Positions 22,217 through 34,200 of a stretch of DNA of 64,000 bases are shown piece after piece. The position numbers and the translations under genes are program-made. Location of the stretch: positions 46,611-110,610 of the forward strand of contig BCKQ01000014.1 in NCBI GenBank assembly GCA_001600695.1, in the 5' to 3' direction. Positions within the stretch are counted from its first letter, which is position 1; each line of letters opens with the position of its first letter. Under the pieces are notes generated by a model. The model saw nothing but the letters and a program-made list of their open reading frames with translations. It was not told the origin of the DNA and did not search any database. Origin of the DNA: Ascoidea asiatica JCM 7603 (lineage: Eukaryota > Fungi > Ascomycota).

Positions 22217-22858
22217 TCAATCAAATAAGTACACCTTAGGGCAAATACAATGACCAGAACAATAAACGATAAGATTTCTCCTAAAGCCACTTAAATGAAT
22301 AGGAGTTAACTCACAGTCAGTATCACATCTTACATAAGAATAACATCTTGAATCATCACATTCAATATTGGAGCAGTAAAATTTTCTTCTTCTTGGTGGA
22401 TTTGTTTCTTGAACAGTTTTTTCATTTGATGTTAATGTAGCTGATATGCTTGATTCAAAAGTGGATTCATTTTCAGCCTTATTTTCTTTCATTTTTTCAT
22501 ATTCAAACATATCACTTATCAGATATTCTTTAAATTGAGGAAATATTGAATCCTGTGTTTTATTATTTGAAGCTATATTTGAATTAGTATACTTTACATC
22601 ATCATATTGGCTAATTTCTGAAGACTTTTTAAACTTTTGAATTGAACTATTATTAAATGATTTTTGAATAAATGAAGAAAAATCTTTTAGAGATTTGATT
22701 ATACTATAATTTGTTATATTAGTATCCGAATTATAATCATTTTGAGAAACATTTGTAATTTTATTGTATGTTATTGTTGAAAACAACAATAAAGAGAAAA
22801 AAGTTGCCAAAAATTGAAAAAAAAATATTCTATTCCTAGTTTTATTTTTATTAACCAT
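22217..22858 (-). CDS. secreted Cys-rich precursor B (prepro-peptide architecture)
   Basis: Signal/anchor IFFFQFLATFFSLLLFSTI, pro-region with six N-glycosylation sequons (NVS, NIT, NYS, NNS, NKT, NES), RRRK, then an 8-Cys domain ending C-x3-C-x-C. Confidence 0.75.
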   Translation of the reverse strand: MVNKNKTRNRIFFFQFLATFFSLLLFSTITYNKITNVSQNDYNSDTNITNYSIIKSLKDFSSFIQKSFNNSSIQKFKKSSEISQYDDVKYTNSNIASNNKTQDSIFPQFKEYLISDMFEYEKMKENKAENESTFESSISATLTSNEKTVQETNPPRRRKFYCSNIECDDSRCYSYVRCDTDCELTPIHLSGFRRNLIVYCSGHCICPKVYLFD

Positions 22859-24572
22859 ATTGAAATACTTATATCAACCTATTTAAAATAACAAAAATAC
22901 GGAAGAAATATTGAGGATTGAATATTTTAGGATGGGAAAATAATTTTTCTAATCTATAAACAATTTTTATTTCAATCTTGATTTATTTCTTTTTTTTTTT
23001 TGATAATTGTATATTTCTATTGAATAATTTTATAAAAAGTGAATTTGGATTACCAATAAAATTTATTTAATGTTAAGAGAGTAAAAATTTAGCTTGATTC
23101 TATTTTATACAATAAAAAGTTTAGAGTAAAATTAAATAACTTTTCCATTTAAATGTTTTTCCAGTTGGGAAAGTAAAACTGACGAGAAGGCAGTTTATAT
23201 ATATAATTCTTTTGGAGTAAATATTAACTTTTGTTTCCTGGAAAGCTGGTTAATATACAGTATATAAAAGGTTTACCCAATAATATTCTATAATAGTAGT
23301 ATAATAAATTAAGAGAAACTTTACTTTGTAATAGAACTCTCTAGAGTCTTCTAGAAGAAAAAAATCTCATTTTTATGAAAAAATATAAGTATTTTTTGAA
23401 GAAATATTTCTGAGTTTATATATATTGATCATTCTAATGCTTATACAAATTTTGAAAGGCTGACTTTACTCAATTTTAAAAATTTTAAATAAACACATAC
23501 AATTTTCTCAGTGGAAAAAAATTGAACTTTGCAGGCCAAATTTCCCTAGAAAATGGTCATTTCAGGCAGTGCTGAGGTAAGTCCGTAGTCACAGAAACCT
23601 AATAATAATCTGCATATAAACCATGAATCTTAATAAAGCTACTAACAAAACAAATAGCATAAGTACTATTTTAACTTACCAATAATTGTAGAAATAGTAA
23701 CAATAATAGTGAAATAAAATCCAAAATTAACTAACCCATGAAGAAAATAGCTATAATGGGAATAACTTTAGGCAACAGTTTCTTTTGTATTTGTTATACA
23801 AATGTAATGGAAATAGTCCCTATTGACAGGAATCCAGACAGTGTTGCAAGCGTATGTATTCTTTATATGGTTGTTAATATGTTATTATGAAACAATACTA
23901 ATACATAATAGGTTCAGGTGTAATATCACACAAATACCTTTTGATTTCACAATTTTTAAAAATATATGTGGAGGTTTGATACACTTCGTCTCATAAATGG
24001 TACCACGAGATTATTGGTAACAATATTACATTATTATTATTACAACAATGAAAAAGGTAATTGTTTTTTTACAAAATAGAACGGAAATCTATTTATTCTA
24101 ATGAGTTTTGGAACTTGGAAATCGCCCGAGAACTAGAATATTTGGCTATGATTTTGAATAAAAATTATCAAATTTTTAAGCTTAAATCAAATTTAGCCAT
24201 CTTTATACAGAAAGTTTATCAAAAAAATGTTAGAATTCTGAGTAAAATTATGGACAACTTTACCATTCAGTTTTTTAATATGTCTGCAGTAGAGTAGAAA
24301 AGGATTCCTGGAGTATTTATTCTCATTTAGCTTCAAAAAATATTACAAATCAATCCTAATTTAACTTTTCACCCAAATAACTAAATTTTTGATGATAAAA
24401 AAATTAATCATTCAACGAATCATCTCAGCTTTTCTTTGGTTTCATATCTTAAGATATTTAGAGTTTCATATCATTATTTTTTATATTAATAGGGTGATAT
24501 AATTGGAATCACCTAGTTCAAATTCTATTTATTGGTAATGGTATCGTAAGAGTTTAATTTCGATATAAACAC

Positions 24573-24592
24573 ATGTAATCCATGGATTACAT
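24573..24592. repeat. perfect 20-bp palindrome ATGTAATCCATGGATTACAT
   Basis: The sequence equals its own reverse complement. Confidence 0.9.
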
Positions 24593-24823
24593 AGATTGTA
24601 TCTTCCCTACTTATTTCTATTATCTATTTATTTAATTTTTTTTGCAGGATTATTATTATTGGTACACTAATAAGCTTTCAAGCCGTTGAATTAGATGGAG
24701 ATATAAGATAAGGTTTTGCAGATCCACGTCCCTACATGCAGGCAGTTATTCTTTGGACCGAAAAGAACTGGACGGATATCACGGAACTGTTTAAATGCTC
24801 TCCTGTGCGTTTAAGGACACGCT

Positions 24824-24872
24824 ATTCTCTTACGAGTTCGGAAAACTTCCTTTCCGAGACCCGTAAGAGAAT
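24824..24872. repeat. inverted repeat/hairpin (about 20-bp stem, 6-nt loop)
   Basis: ATTCTCTTACG-A-GT-TCGGAAA [ACTTCC] TTTCCGA-G-AC-C-CGTAAGAGAAT. Confidence 0.85.
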
Positions 24873-25753
24873 CCCAGAACAATTAAAAGTGTGTGGCTAA
24901 GTTTTCAATATGCCACAACCTGATTTAACAAGAGAATCTCCGGGGTGCTATAACTGTTATCACCTGACGATATTTATACTAAAGCTTTTTTACTTTATTA
25001 AAGTATAAAAAATAATTAATGACTGAGGTTATCATTTGATTGAGGTTCAAAGAAAGCTATAAGCGCCTAATCATATGAGAAGAGAGAGTTCTATGTTCAC
25101 TTTGGGATCTTTTAATTCGAAGTCATAGCTCACTTGACCGTTCCTTTGGTTCTGTGCCTCCAAAAAAAAAACCAATGATGATAGTGGAATTTTATCACAA
25201 ATAGATTTTGCAAATAGATTTTCTACTTCAAAGTTACTTAAGTTTTCAAGTTTTGTAATAAAATATCTGAGTTTCAGAAAATATGAAAATATTTTGTGTA
25301 TGTTATTTTTCTACTTATTTTTACTATTTTTTCACGCAACAATAACCGAAAAGCTTTCGATGATTTTAGCTTTTTTTCCTGATAAAGCAGGTTTTCTTTT
25401 CAGGCACCAAATAAAAAAGAGATAACAGCACGGATTGAAACCATGAAAAGTTTTTCTCAAAGATGTTTTAAGGCTGGTGCAGAATCCATAAAAGCCGCTT
25501 ATGGAAATGAGGCGCAGCTGAATATCAATAGGACACATTTATCAGACGTGCTTAAATTTTAGGACAAGCCAAATTTTGAAATATGTAAAGTAAACTTTTA
25601 AACATTACTGCTATTTGTTAATTTGAGTTTGAATATGTGAAAAGTTTTGTGAAGTGATTCTTTGAAAGTACACTCCCAATAAGTCTTGGGAAGAACATAA
25701 AATCTTTTGATCAAGAGAGAATTGTGAATAAGATTACTCGATTGCCTAAAATA

Positions 25754-27088
25754 ATGGAACAATTGAAATTTCTTCCTGAAAGTTTGATTGAAGAAATAGA
25801 TAATGAATCTGAAAGTGATAATGATCAATTACAAGATTTTAAAAACAAAAATGTAAATAAAGAACAGATTCAAAATCAGCTGCTTGATTTAAATGAGAAA
25901 TATAGTTCATTGACTTTTAATTCAAAGCAGCATATCAATTATTTCAAAATGTGTTTAAATTTCTTGCCTACATCTGTGCAATCTAATGATACAAATAAAA
26001 TGTCATTAATATATTTCAATTTAGTTGGTTTGGATACATTAAATTCTGTTCATGAAGTTAAGAAATTATTTAAAAATGAAAAAGAAAGGGAAATTATGAT
26101 AAATTTTGTATATAAACATTTGGTTTCAACTGGTGAAGGTTTTAGAGGTTCAATGACAAATAAATTATTAAATGAAGAAAAAATGAATAAAAATGAATAT
26201 AATTATGATCCTGCAAATTTAGCTCAAACATATTTTGCATTATGTATTTTATTAATCTTAAAAGATGAAAATATAACTAAAAAAATTAATAGATATAAAA
26301 TAATGAGTTATGTTAAAAAATGTCAATTACCAGATGGATCATTTAAACCAATTTTAGATACTTTTGGGAATCCATTTGGTGAAACTGATTTAAGATATTG
26401 TTTAATTGCTACCTCAATTAGAAAAATATTAGGATTTGATAAAATTAATGATAATGAAATTATTGAAAAATATGATTTTAATACTGAAAATTTATTTGAT
26501 TATATAATTTCATGTATTAATTATGAAGGTGGAATTGGTGGAGAACCAGATTTAGAACCAAATTCAGGTTTAACTTTTTGTGGATTAGCAGCAATTGAAA
26601 TGTTAGGTAAAATTTCTGATTTTAAAAAAAATAAAAAAAGATTTAATAATTTTATAGATTGGTTAGTTAAAAGACAAATATGGTTTAATCGTTATAATAA
26701 AGAAGAATTAATTGAATATGATTTATATGAATATGATTATGGACATTTTCAATTATGTGATAATGGTGGTTTAAATGGAAGAACAAATAAATCAGCAGAT
26801 ACTTGTTATGCATTTTGGAATATTGGATCATTAAAATTATTAAATCTTGAAAATTTAATTAATCTTAAAGGTATTGAATTATATCTTTTAGATCAAACTC
26901 AAGATAAATTAATTGGAGGGTTTAAAAAAAATAAAGAAAGTAAAAATAGTGACCCTTTACATAGTTGTTTAGGGATTTTAGCTTTAAAATTATTAAATAG
27001 TAAATTTGTTGAAGATTTAAAAGATATAGATGTTAGTTTAGTAATATCTAAAGAAGCTGTTGAATTCATGTTAAATTTAAACTGGTAA
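25754..27088 (+). CDS. CDC43: geranylgeranyltransferase type I beta subunit
   Basis: KQHINYFKMCLNFLP, ANLAQTYFALCILL, ETDLRYC, GLTFCGLA, NGRTNKSADTCYAFW, DPLHSCLG. First ATG is at 25754 (the track start is a GTG). Confidence 0.9.
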   Translation: MEQLKFLPESLIEEIDNESESDNDQLQDFKNKNVNKEQIQNQLLDLNEKYSSLTFNSKQHINYFKMCLNFLPTSVQSNDTNKMSLIYFNLVGLDTLNSVHEVKKLFKNEKEREIMINFVYKHLVSTGEGFRGSMTNKLLNEEKMNKNEYNYDPANLAQTYFALCILLILKDENITKKINRYKIMSYVKKCQLPDGSFKPILDTFGNPFGETDLRYCLIATSIRKILGFDKINDNEIIEKYDFNTENLFDYIISCINYEGGIGGEPDLEPNSGLTFCGLAAIEMLGKISDFKKNKKRFNNFIDWLVKRQIWFNRYNKEELIEYDLYEYDYGHFQLCDNGGLNGRTNKSADTCYAFWNIGSLKLLNLENLINLKGIELYLLDQTQDKLIGGFKKNKESKNSDPLHSCLGILALKLLNSKFVEDLKDIDVSLVISKEAVEFMLNLNW

Positions 27089-27448
27089 ATAAAGGTAATT
27101 AAAGTAAATGAATGAATTATTTTATATATATAATAATAGTGTAATATATCTATATAAATATATAAAGATATTTTAGATGTTTTTATATTTTTTTTTAACA
27201 TTATCAGTAAAATTTAGATTTTTTAAAATCTAAAAGTCGAAACTTTATACTAATCTTAAAAAGAGGAATATCAAAAACCCATACCATAATAAAAGAAACC
27301 TTAAGTAATGTGATATATTTACTATTATTATTTGACTTCATAATCAAAAAGCAGAACTTATCAAATTATAACAAAAGTTCATTGCTCAAATTTTTTTTAG
27401 TTATAAATTAAAAAAACTTAATAGCCATTAATAGAACAAGTGAATCAT

Positions 27449-27985
27449 TTATGGTTTCAGTTCTTTTGACATAGACCATTCATTTTCTGAATTTATTTGT
27501 GCAACTTCTTCTGGAGTTAAATCTTGTTTTATATTAAATTCTTTTCTTACTTGATCCGGAGTTTTATTTCTCAATTTATCAGCAATTACTTTTGAACCAG
27601 ACATTAATAAAGGTTTAATATTAAGATAATTTGCAGCTAAAATCATACTATATAAATTATCCTCTTTTTCCAAAGTTTTATAGAATTGTTTATCCCATCT
27701 ATCTAAAGGAATTGAACGTTCGTCATTTTCATTATATTCAGGTAAAATATGATCTTTATGATAATCTCCCCATTCAATGATTTTTTCTAGAATATAAGTA
27801 TTGACATTACTCAATGGAATTTCAAGATCTTCTTCATTATTACTTTCACCAAAATCATCCTCATCATCATCTATACAAACATCACCTATAATGTTCTTCA
27901 AAACAACTGATCGTTCTACAATTTTAGTATCAACTTTAAAACAAGCTCCTTCCGAAGATATCAATGTAACTTGAGTAACACCCAT
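27449..27985 (-). CDS. SKP1: Skp1-family protein (divergent)
   Basis: VTLISSEG, IPLSNV..ILEKIIEW, WDKQF, ILAANYLNIKPLL, KTPDQVRKEFNI..D.TPEE...I..ENEW. Confidence 0.88.
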   Translation of the reverse strand: MGVTQVTLISSEGACFKVDTKIVERSVVLKNIIGDVCIDDDEDDFGESNNEEDLEIPLSNVNTYILEKIIEWGDYHKDHILPEYNENDERSIPLDRWDKQFYKTLEKEDNLYSMILAANYLNIKPLLMSGSKVIADKLRNKTPDQVRKEFNIKQDLTPEEVAQINSENEWSMSKELKP

Positions 27986-28760
27986 TATATAAGAACAAAA
28001 AAATAAAGAAATTCTCTCAGCTGACTAAATACCCTATTCGATTTCACTTGAATTGATCTATTTCTAAATATATCTGTGATAAATTGAATAAGAAACTGAT
28101 TAAAACTAAACAAAACTAATCAAAACTAATCAAAACAGGATAAAAACAGGATTAAAACCTATTTTTGCAGTGAGCAAACAAAACAAGCCAAAACAATTTA
28201 ATTCCCAGCAAGAATTGTTGTGGCGCTAAGTGGCGGTGTCGTTTAGCCACGCCTTGACTAATAAGGAAGTTAGTTTTGTGGTCGTGGCTGTGCGTGGCGT
28301 GTGCTGCAATTGCTGAAACTTCTACGGCTGTGAAAAAAGGTGATAGGAAATAATGGTATTAAAGATATTGTAAATGGAGAGAGACTGAGAGTTATAACAC
28401 ATATAATGAACTAAGGATAAGGTTAAGGGTAATAAAACAAGAGAATAAACAATAATAAATGTATATGTGAGAAGACAAAGCAGACTGAAAATCAAAGAGA
28501 AACAAAATCTAGAAAAAATTTGACTACCAGCACTTTTTTTCTATTAATTTTTCAAAATTAAAAAAGGCACTAATAAAAATAAAAAAACAGGATGCATAAT
28601 AACCTTATGAAATTTAAATAATTTATTCATTCAAAGTATTTAAGTGAATTTCTATTTTGAAAGTTTATAATTATTTATTTTTTTTATTTAATTATTTAAT
28701 TATTTATTTAATCAAGTCAACAAATTGAGATTTTTTTTTTTTTTTAGTTCATATTCATAT

Positions 28761-30311
28761 TCATATTGTAGATTGAGAATAAGCATGACGACTTTGAACT
28801 TGTATTGAACCTCTTTTTTGTGCACTAGAAAAATTTAAAAGAGAATTAGGATTTGAAGAATCTGGTGTTATGATTTGAGATTTAGGTCTTCTTTTTCTTC
28901 TTCTATTATTTCTTTTTTTCTTATTCAAATTATTAATATTTGAATTACCATTAATCATTGAATTTCTATTTGAATTTGAATAATTAGAATTTGAAAATCG
29001 ATTTCCATTTGGAGATCCAGAATCTTTTGAATTATCATCATCTGAATCTAATAAATCATCATTTTCAAAATCAAAATTTGTACTAGGACTTCCAATTGCA
29101 ATACTTTCAGGATTATGAATTTTACTCAAATCTTTTGAAGTATCAACTGATAATTTATCAAATGTTAAAGATAGATCTTTTAATTTTGCTTGAGCTTGTG
29201 ATTGAGCTTTTAATAAAAGTTCAGTTTCATTTGTAGAACTAGAATTAGAATTTGAGTTCGAACTAGAACTAGAACTAGAACCAGAACCAGAACTATCTTT
29301 TTTTGTTTCACTGTTATTATTATTATTATTATTATTATTATCACTATTACTATTATTTGATGGAATTATTTTTTTAATTTTTTTATCATTAGAATTATTA
29401 TTTAATGAAACAGATGGAGTCTTTAAATGATTTCCATTTGGAATTGTAATTATTGAAGATAATGGAGGTAAATCTAATTTAATTTTAATTCTAATTTCTT
29501 CAAAAACTTGACTACATTGTTGTATTATTAAATCATTTTCCATACCATGATTTTGAGCATTTGAAGCTAATAATTTTAAACTTTCTATAATTGATTCAAA
29601 TTTTTCATTATAAATATCAACTAAAAATTTATAATTTTTTTCATAAATATTATAATTTTTTGATAAATTTTTATCAATTGAATTATTTTTAAGATTATAA
29701 TTTGATATGAAATTATTAAATTGTTTTGATAAATTATTAAATTGTAAATTATAATAATTTTTAATTTCATTTTGAGATGTTAAAATTGTATCATAAGCAA
29801 TTCTTAATCTTTGTATTTCAGAAATATTTATTTTTTCATTTTCTAATAATTTTTTATTTCTAATTTTTAAATTTTTTAAATTAAATTTAATATCTTCATT
29901 TAAATTCATATAATTTGATAATTTAGAATCTAAATCATTAATTCTTCTCTGTTTTCTATCTAATAAAGCATTTATCATATCATTATCATGTTTTGAATTT
30001 GCTAATTGTTCTATAGCTTTATTATAATTTTTTTTCATTAAATCATGATTTTTTTTTAAATCTTCTTGATTTAGTTTTGATTGATGTAATTCAATTCTTA
30101 ATTCATCAATTGTTGATTGAAGAGTATCTATAACTTTTGAAGTACCACCTTTTTTTGAAATATTATTAATACTAATAGTACTATTTAAATTATTAATACT
30201 TGTACTAGAATGTAAAGGAGAAGCAGTAGGATTTGGTGAATTACCAAATCTTCTTACAGTACCATTAGTAGTAGTATTATTAAATAAATTTTCTTTATCC
30301 ATTATTTTCAT
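28761..30311 (-). CDS. SHE3: mRNA-transport adaptor She3-like coiled-coil protein
   Basis: SKVIDTLQSTIDEL...QLANSKHDNDMINALLDRKQRRINDL matches the Candida-type She3 coiled coil. The start could be Met at 30302. Confidence 0.75.
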   Translation of the reverse strand: MKIMDKENLFNNTTTNGTVRRFGNSPNPTASPLHSSTSINNLNSTISINNISKKGGTSKVIDTLQSTIDELRIELHQSKLNQEDLKKNHDLMKKNYNKAIEQLANSKHDNDMINALLDRKQRRINDLDSKLSNYMNLNEDIKFNLKNLKIRNKKLLENEKINISEIQRLRIAYDTILTSQNEIKNYYNLQFNNLSKQFNNFISNYNLKNNSIDKNLSKNYNIYEKNYKFLVDIYNEKFESIIESLKLLASNAQNHGMENDLIIQQCSQVFEEIRIKIKLDLPPLSSIITIPNGNHLKTPSVSLNNNSNDKKIKKIIPSNNSNSDNNNNNNNNNSETKKDSSGSGSSSSSSSNSNSNSSSTNETELLLKAQSQAQAKLKDLSLTFDKLSVDTSKDLSKIHNPESIAIGSPSTNFDFENDDLLDSDDDNSKDSGSPNGNRFSNSNYSNSNRNSMINGNSNINNLNKKKRNNRRRKRRPKSQIITPDSSNPNSLLNFSSAQKRGSIQVQSRHAYSQSTI

Positions 30312-31290
30312 CCACTTTGTTTTTCCTTTATAAATATTGAAAAATATTAATCTATAGAATATGAAATAAACTTTTAAATGAAAAATTAGAAAAGAATAAA
30401 TAAGATATTCTTTACTCTATAATTCTAAATTCTTTTCCGATAAAATGAAATAAATCAGTGAAAAGAACAATAAAAAAAAAAAATGAAATCGAAAAACCCC
30501 CTTAATATTTCAGAACTATTACACTTGTAAAAGAATGTTATATTATAATGATGATGATATTTCAATAAACCAAGAAAAAAAAAAAACCTAGAAGTAGCTA
30601 AGTATCTACAGTATATTGTTATAACTTTCCTATTAAGATTATTGTTACTATAATTTTGCTCTGGACAGGAATCTAAAACAATGAATCTTAAATATTTAAT
30701 GTTGACTAATATGAATATAAATATGAATATGATATAGCAACAATACAAAAAAGTATCAATTCCAGTAAAACAGTTATCAATATCTCAATGATTGAATTCT
30801 CCTGGATGGTTTCTTGAATGAAAATGAAGTAGATATTTGATATTGATTCTGGTGTTGATTCTGATCTGAGGTATCTCAACGTCTGTTTCGAAAAAGAACA
30901 CACACTCTTTTTGGCTTGGAGTGTTTGAAGCTCAAAAGAAATGAATTTGCAAAAAGAAAACAAACGAAATTGTGAAATTGCCCAGAAAGGGAAGCGGTTA
31001 CCCGGCCACAGCAAACCCACAGCGCTGGCTCGGAAAGAAACGTTGGGTGCCGCAGGCCGAGGCAAGAGACGCGCTCGGCCGCAGCTCATCCGGTTTTTCT
31101 GAAACAATCCACAAAACTGGCGCCGCGTCATTTCGCAGGGGCTGTTTTCTTTATTTATCCGAAGATTCCAGGAGTGAAATAATTCTGGATTTTGTATTGT
31201 TCTATAAAATCATGGGCAACGTCAAACATAAATTCATAATTTTTTTTATTTTTTTTATTCTTTTTATTCTTATTATTCTTATTATTCTTA

Positions 31291-34200
31291 TTAGAATAGA
31301 GATTTAAATTCACTGATCAATTTCTTTAAATAGAATTCTCTGACATCAGGAGGAAGTTCTAAAACTTCAGGACTTTTGAATAATTGATCGAATTTCTTGA
31401 TAATATTTTTACCTTGATCATAAACTTCTAAATCTTTATTTCCATAAACATCTTTTCCAATTTTTGAATAAAATTTATCTTCAAGATCTTTCCAAAAAAT
31501 ATTCAAACTAATTGATGGTAATTTATTTGAATTATCAAGAACTTTTGTAGCATGTAACCACATTCTAGGTAAAAATAAAATATCTCCTGGTTTTAAAATT
31601 TCATCATATTGATCTATTTTAAGATTATTATAAAATAAATCATTATTTTCATCAAAAATATCTTCAATAATTGAACTTGATGATCCAATAGGAAATTTCA
31701 ATTGATTTAAATATTTTGAAGGATATAATCTAAGTTGTTTATATCCAACAATTTGACATAATAAATTAGCTGTAACATCGTAATGTAACCAAATTTTTGT
31801 ATCTTTTGAAGTGATTCTTAAAATTGATGAAAATTCTTTATTATCATATATATCTTTAAATATTTCATTTGGCATTTTAAAATCATTACAAATTTCTGGA
31901 TAATCTTCTTTGAATTTTGTAGCTTTATTTCTTGGATTACTTAAATTTAAAGCTCTTAAATAATATTTATTTTTATCATTAGTTTTTGGATTAAATATTT
32001 TAGAAATTGCATCTGACATTTGAACTGTTTTATAATTGAAATTTTTTTTATTAAAATTTAAATTCATATCTTCACTTTCATGAATTACAACTTTTTTATT
32101 ATTTTCTGAAAATTTTTTAATTAAATAATCTACATTTTTCCAATTTTTAATACAATCTCCTATATTACAATATTGAAAAATTATTGGTTTATTTTCTAAT
32201 AAAATATTTTCCCATTTTTCTTTATTTAATTCATTTATATTCATTCTTGGAATTGAAATTTTATTTGGTTTTTCTTTTAATAAAAGATTATTATTATTAT
32301 TAATATGTTCTGGATCTATTTCATTAAAATCTGTTTCTAATTTAATATTATTAAAAAAAGTTATTTCTCCATTTTCTTCTTTAGTAATTAAATTTTTTTT
32401 GAGACTTATATTTTCATTATCAATTTCTTTTTCATTTGATTTCAATTTTAATATTAAAATATCATTCCAAACAGATCCAAAAGAAAAACAAACTGCACCA
32501 CCAGCTAATAAAACTTTATATTCTTCATTAAATTCAACAGCATTAAATCCAACTAATAAAGGTATAGATTCCCAAATATTTTCTGGAATTAAAACATTAT
32601 TAATTTTTAAAATATCTTTATTATTATTTAAAATAGAAATATCTAAAATTGAATTTTTTCTATCAAGTAAATAATTATCAGAAACTCCACCAATTAAAAA
32701 TAAATTAATATTACCTTTATTTATTTTTTTTGAAATTAATTTTCCACCATATCTACAAAAATTTTTATTAGTATATAATAATTTTAAATAAATTTGATTA
32801 TTAATAATATCAACTTTAAATGAAAAAATTTTTAAAGATAAATTATTATTTTTATCCATTCCACCTAAAATATAACCAATTTGATTAATTTTATCAAAAT
32901 ATAAAGATGAAGAAAAAATTCCATCAATTGAAAAATTATAATTCATTGAATACCATTTATTTTCATTTAAAGAAAATCTAAGAAATAATGAAGAATTTTT
33001 ATCTTTATTACCACCAAATATAATAATATTATTATTATCAAATTTAAATGAAGAATGTCTAAATCTTGTATCAGGTAATGAATTTAATTGTTTCCAAGAA
33101 TATAATTTCAGTTGATTATCTTTGATATTATCTTTAATATTATTTTTAATATTATTTTTAATTTCAGATAAAATCCAAGTATCTTTTAAAAAATTTCCAG
33201 GTGATAATCTACCACCAGTTAAAAGAATTTGATTATTATCTAAAGATAATATTGAATGACATAATCTTTGAGTTGGTAATGGATTTTTATTATTTTTTAA
33301 TAAATTAAATTCAGATTCATTAGATGAAGATAATGAAGTTGAAAGTAAAATAGAATTATTTAATCTACTTGAATGAAAACCAGAATTTAATAAAATTTGA
33401 TTTTTTGTAATCATTGAAGAATCAGAAAATTTTCTTTGTAAATTTTTAGATAAATTTTTTTGTAAATAAAATTCAATATCATTTGAAAAATTATTTGAAA
33501 TATTATTTGAAATATTATTTGAAATATTATTTGAAATAATTTCATTTTTATTTTGAATGAAATTAAAATCATTTGGATAAATATTAATATTATTATTATT
33601 AAAATGTAAGATAAAATAATGTTGAGAAAATAAATAAAATTCTTCCCATTCATCAAAAGGTTCAATTAATTCAATTTTAATTTTAATTTTATTTGAAATT
33701 AATTTATTCCAATAATTTAATAAATCATTAATTTCTATATTAATTGAAGAATTTAAAAAATTAAGATTATTAAATCTATTAAATTGTTGAATTAAAGATT
33801 TATAACCATTAATATTTGAAATTGAATGAATATTAGTACCAATATTATTAAAATGATTAATCATTTTTTTTGAAAATGGATGATTTATACCACTTGGTAA
33901 AATTTGTTCTAATAATAAAAAATGAGTTTTTGAAAAAGGTAAGAAATTTATTGAATTAGAAATAATTTTATTTGAATTTTCTGGTTTCATATAAGTTATT
34001 GCAACTTCAGATAAAAAAATTTTAATAATATTTGAATTTGAATTTGAATTTGAATTTGAATTTGAAGTTGAATGAATATTTAAAGAATTTAAAATTGAAA
34101 TAAGTAAAGAATTATAAGAATTTGAATCATTTAAATTACATTTTGCAGCTAAATAAGAATTAGTTTTAAATAAAATTTGAGAATTTGAATTTAATTGATT

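Noticed and set aside
23238-23500. Possible 5' UTR intron of gene B (minus GTATGT 23500, TATTAAC, CAG)
   Set aside because: Branch site is non-consensus; too weak without RNA data.
30455-31307. ORFs in the GC-rich SHE3 upstream region
   Set aside because: No recognisable motifs, atypical composition, mutually overlapping; promoter-like.
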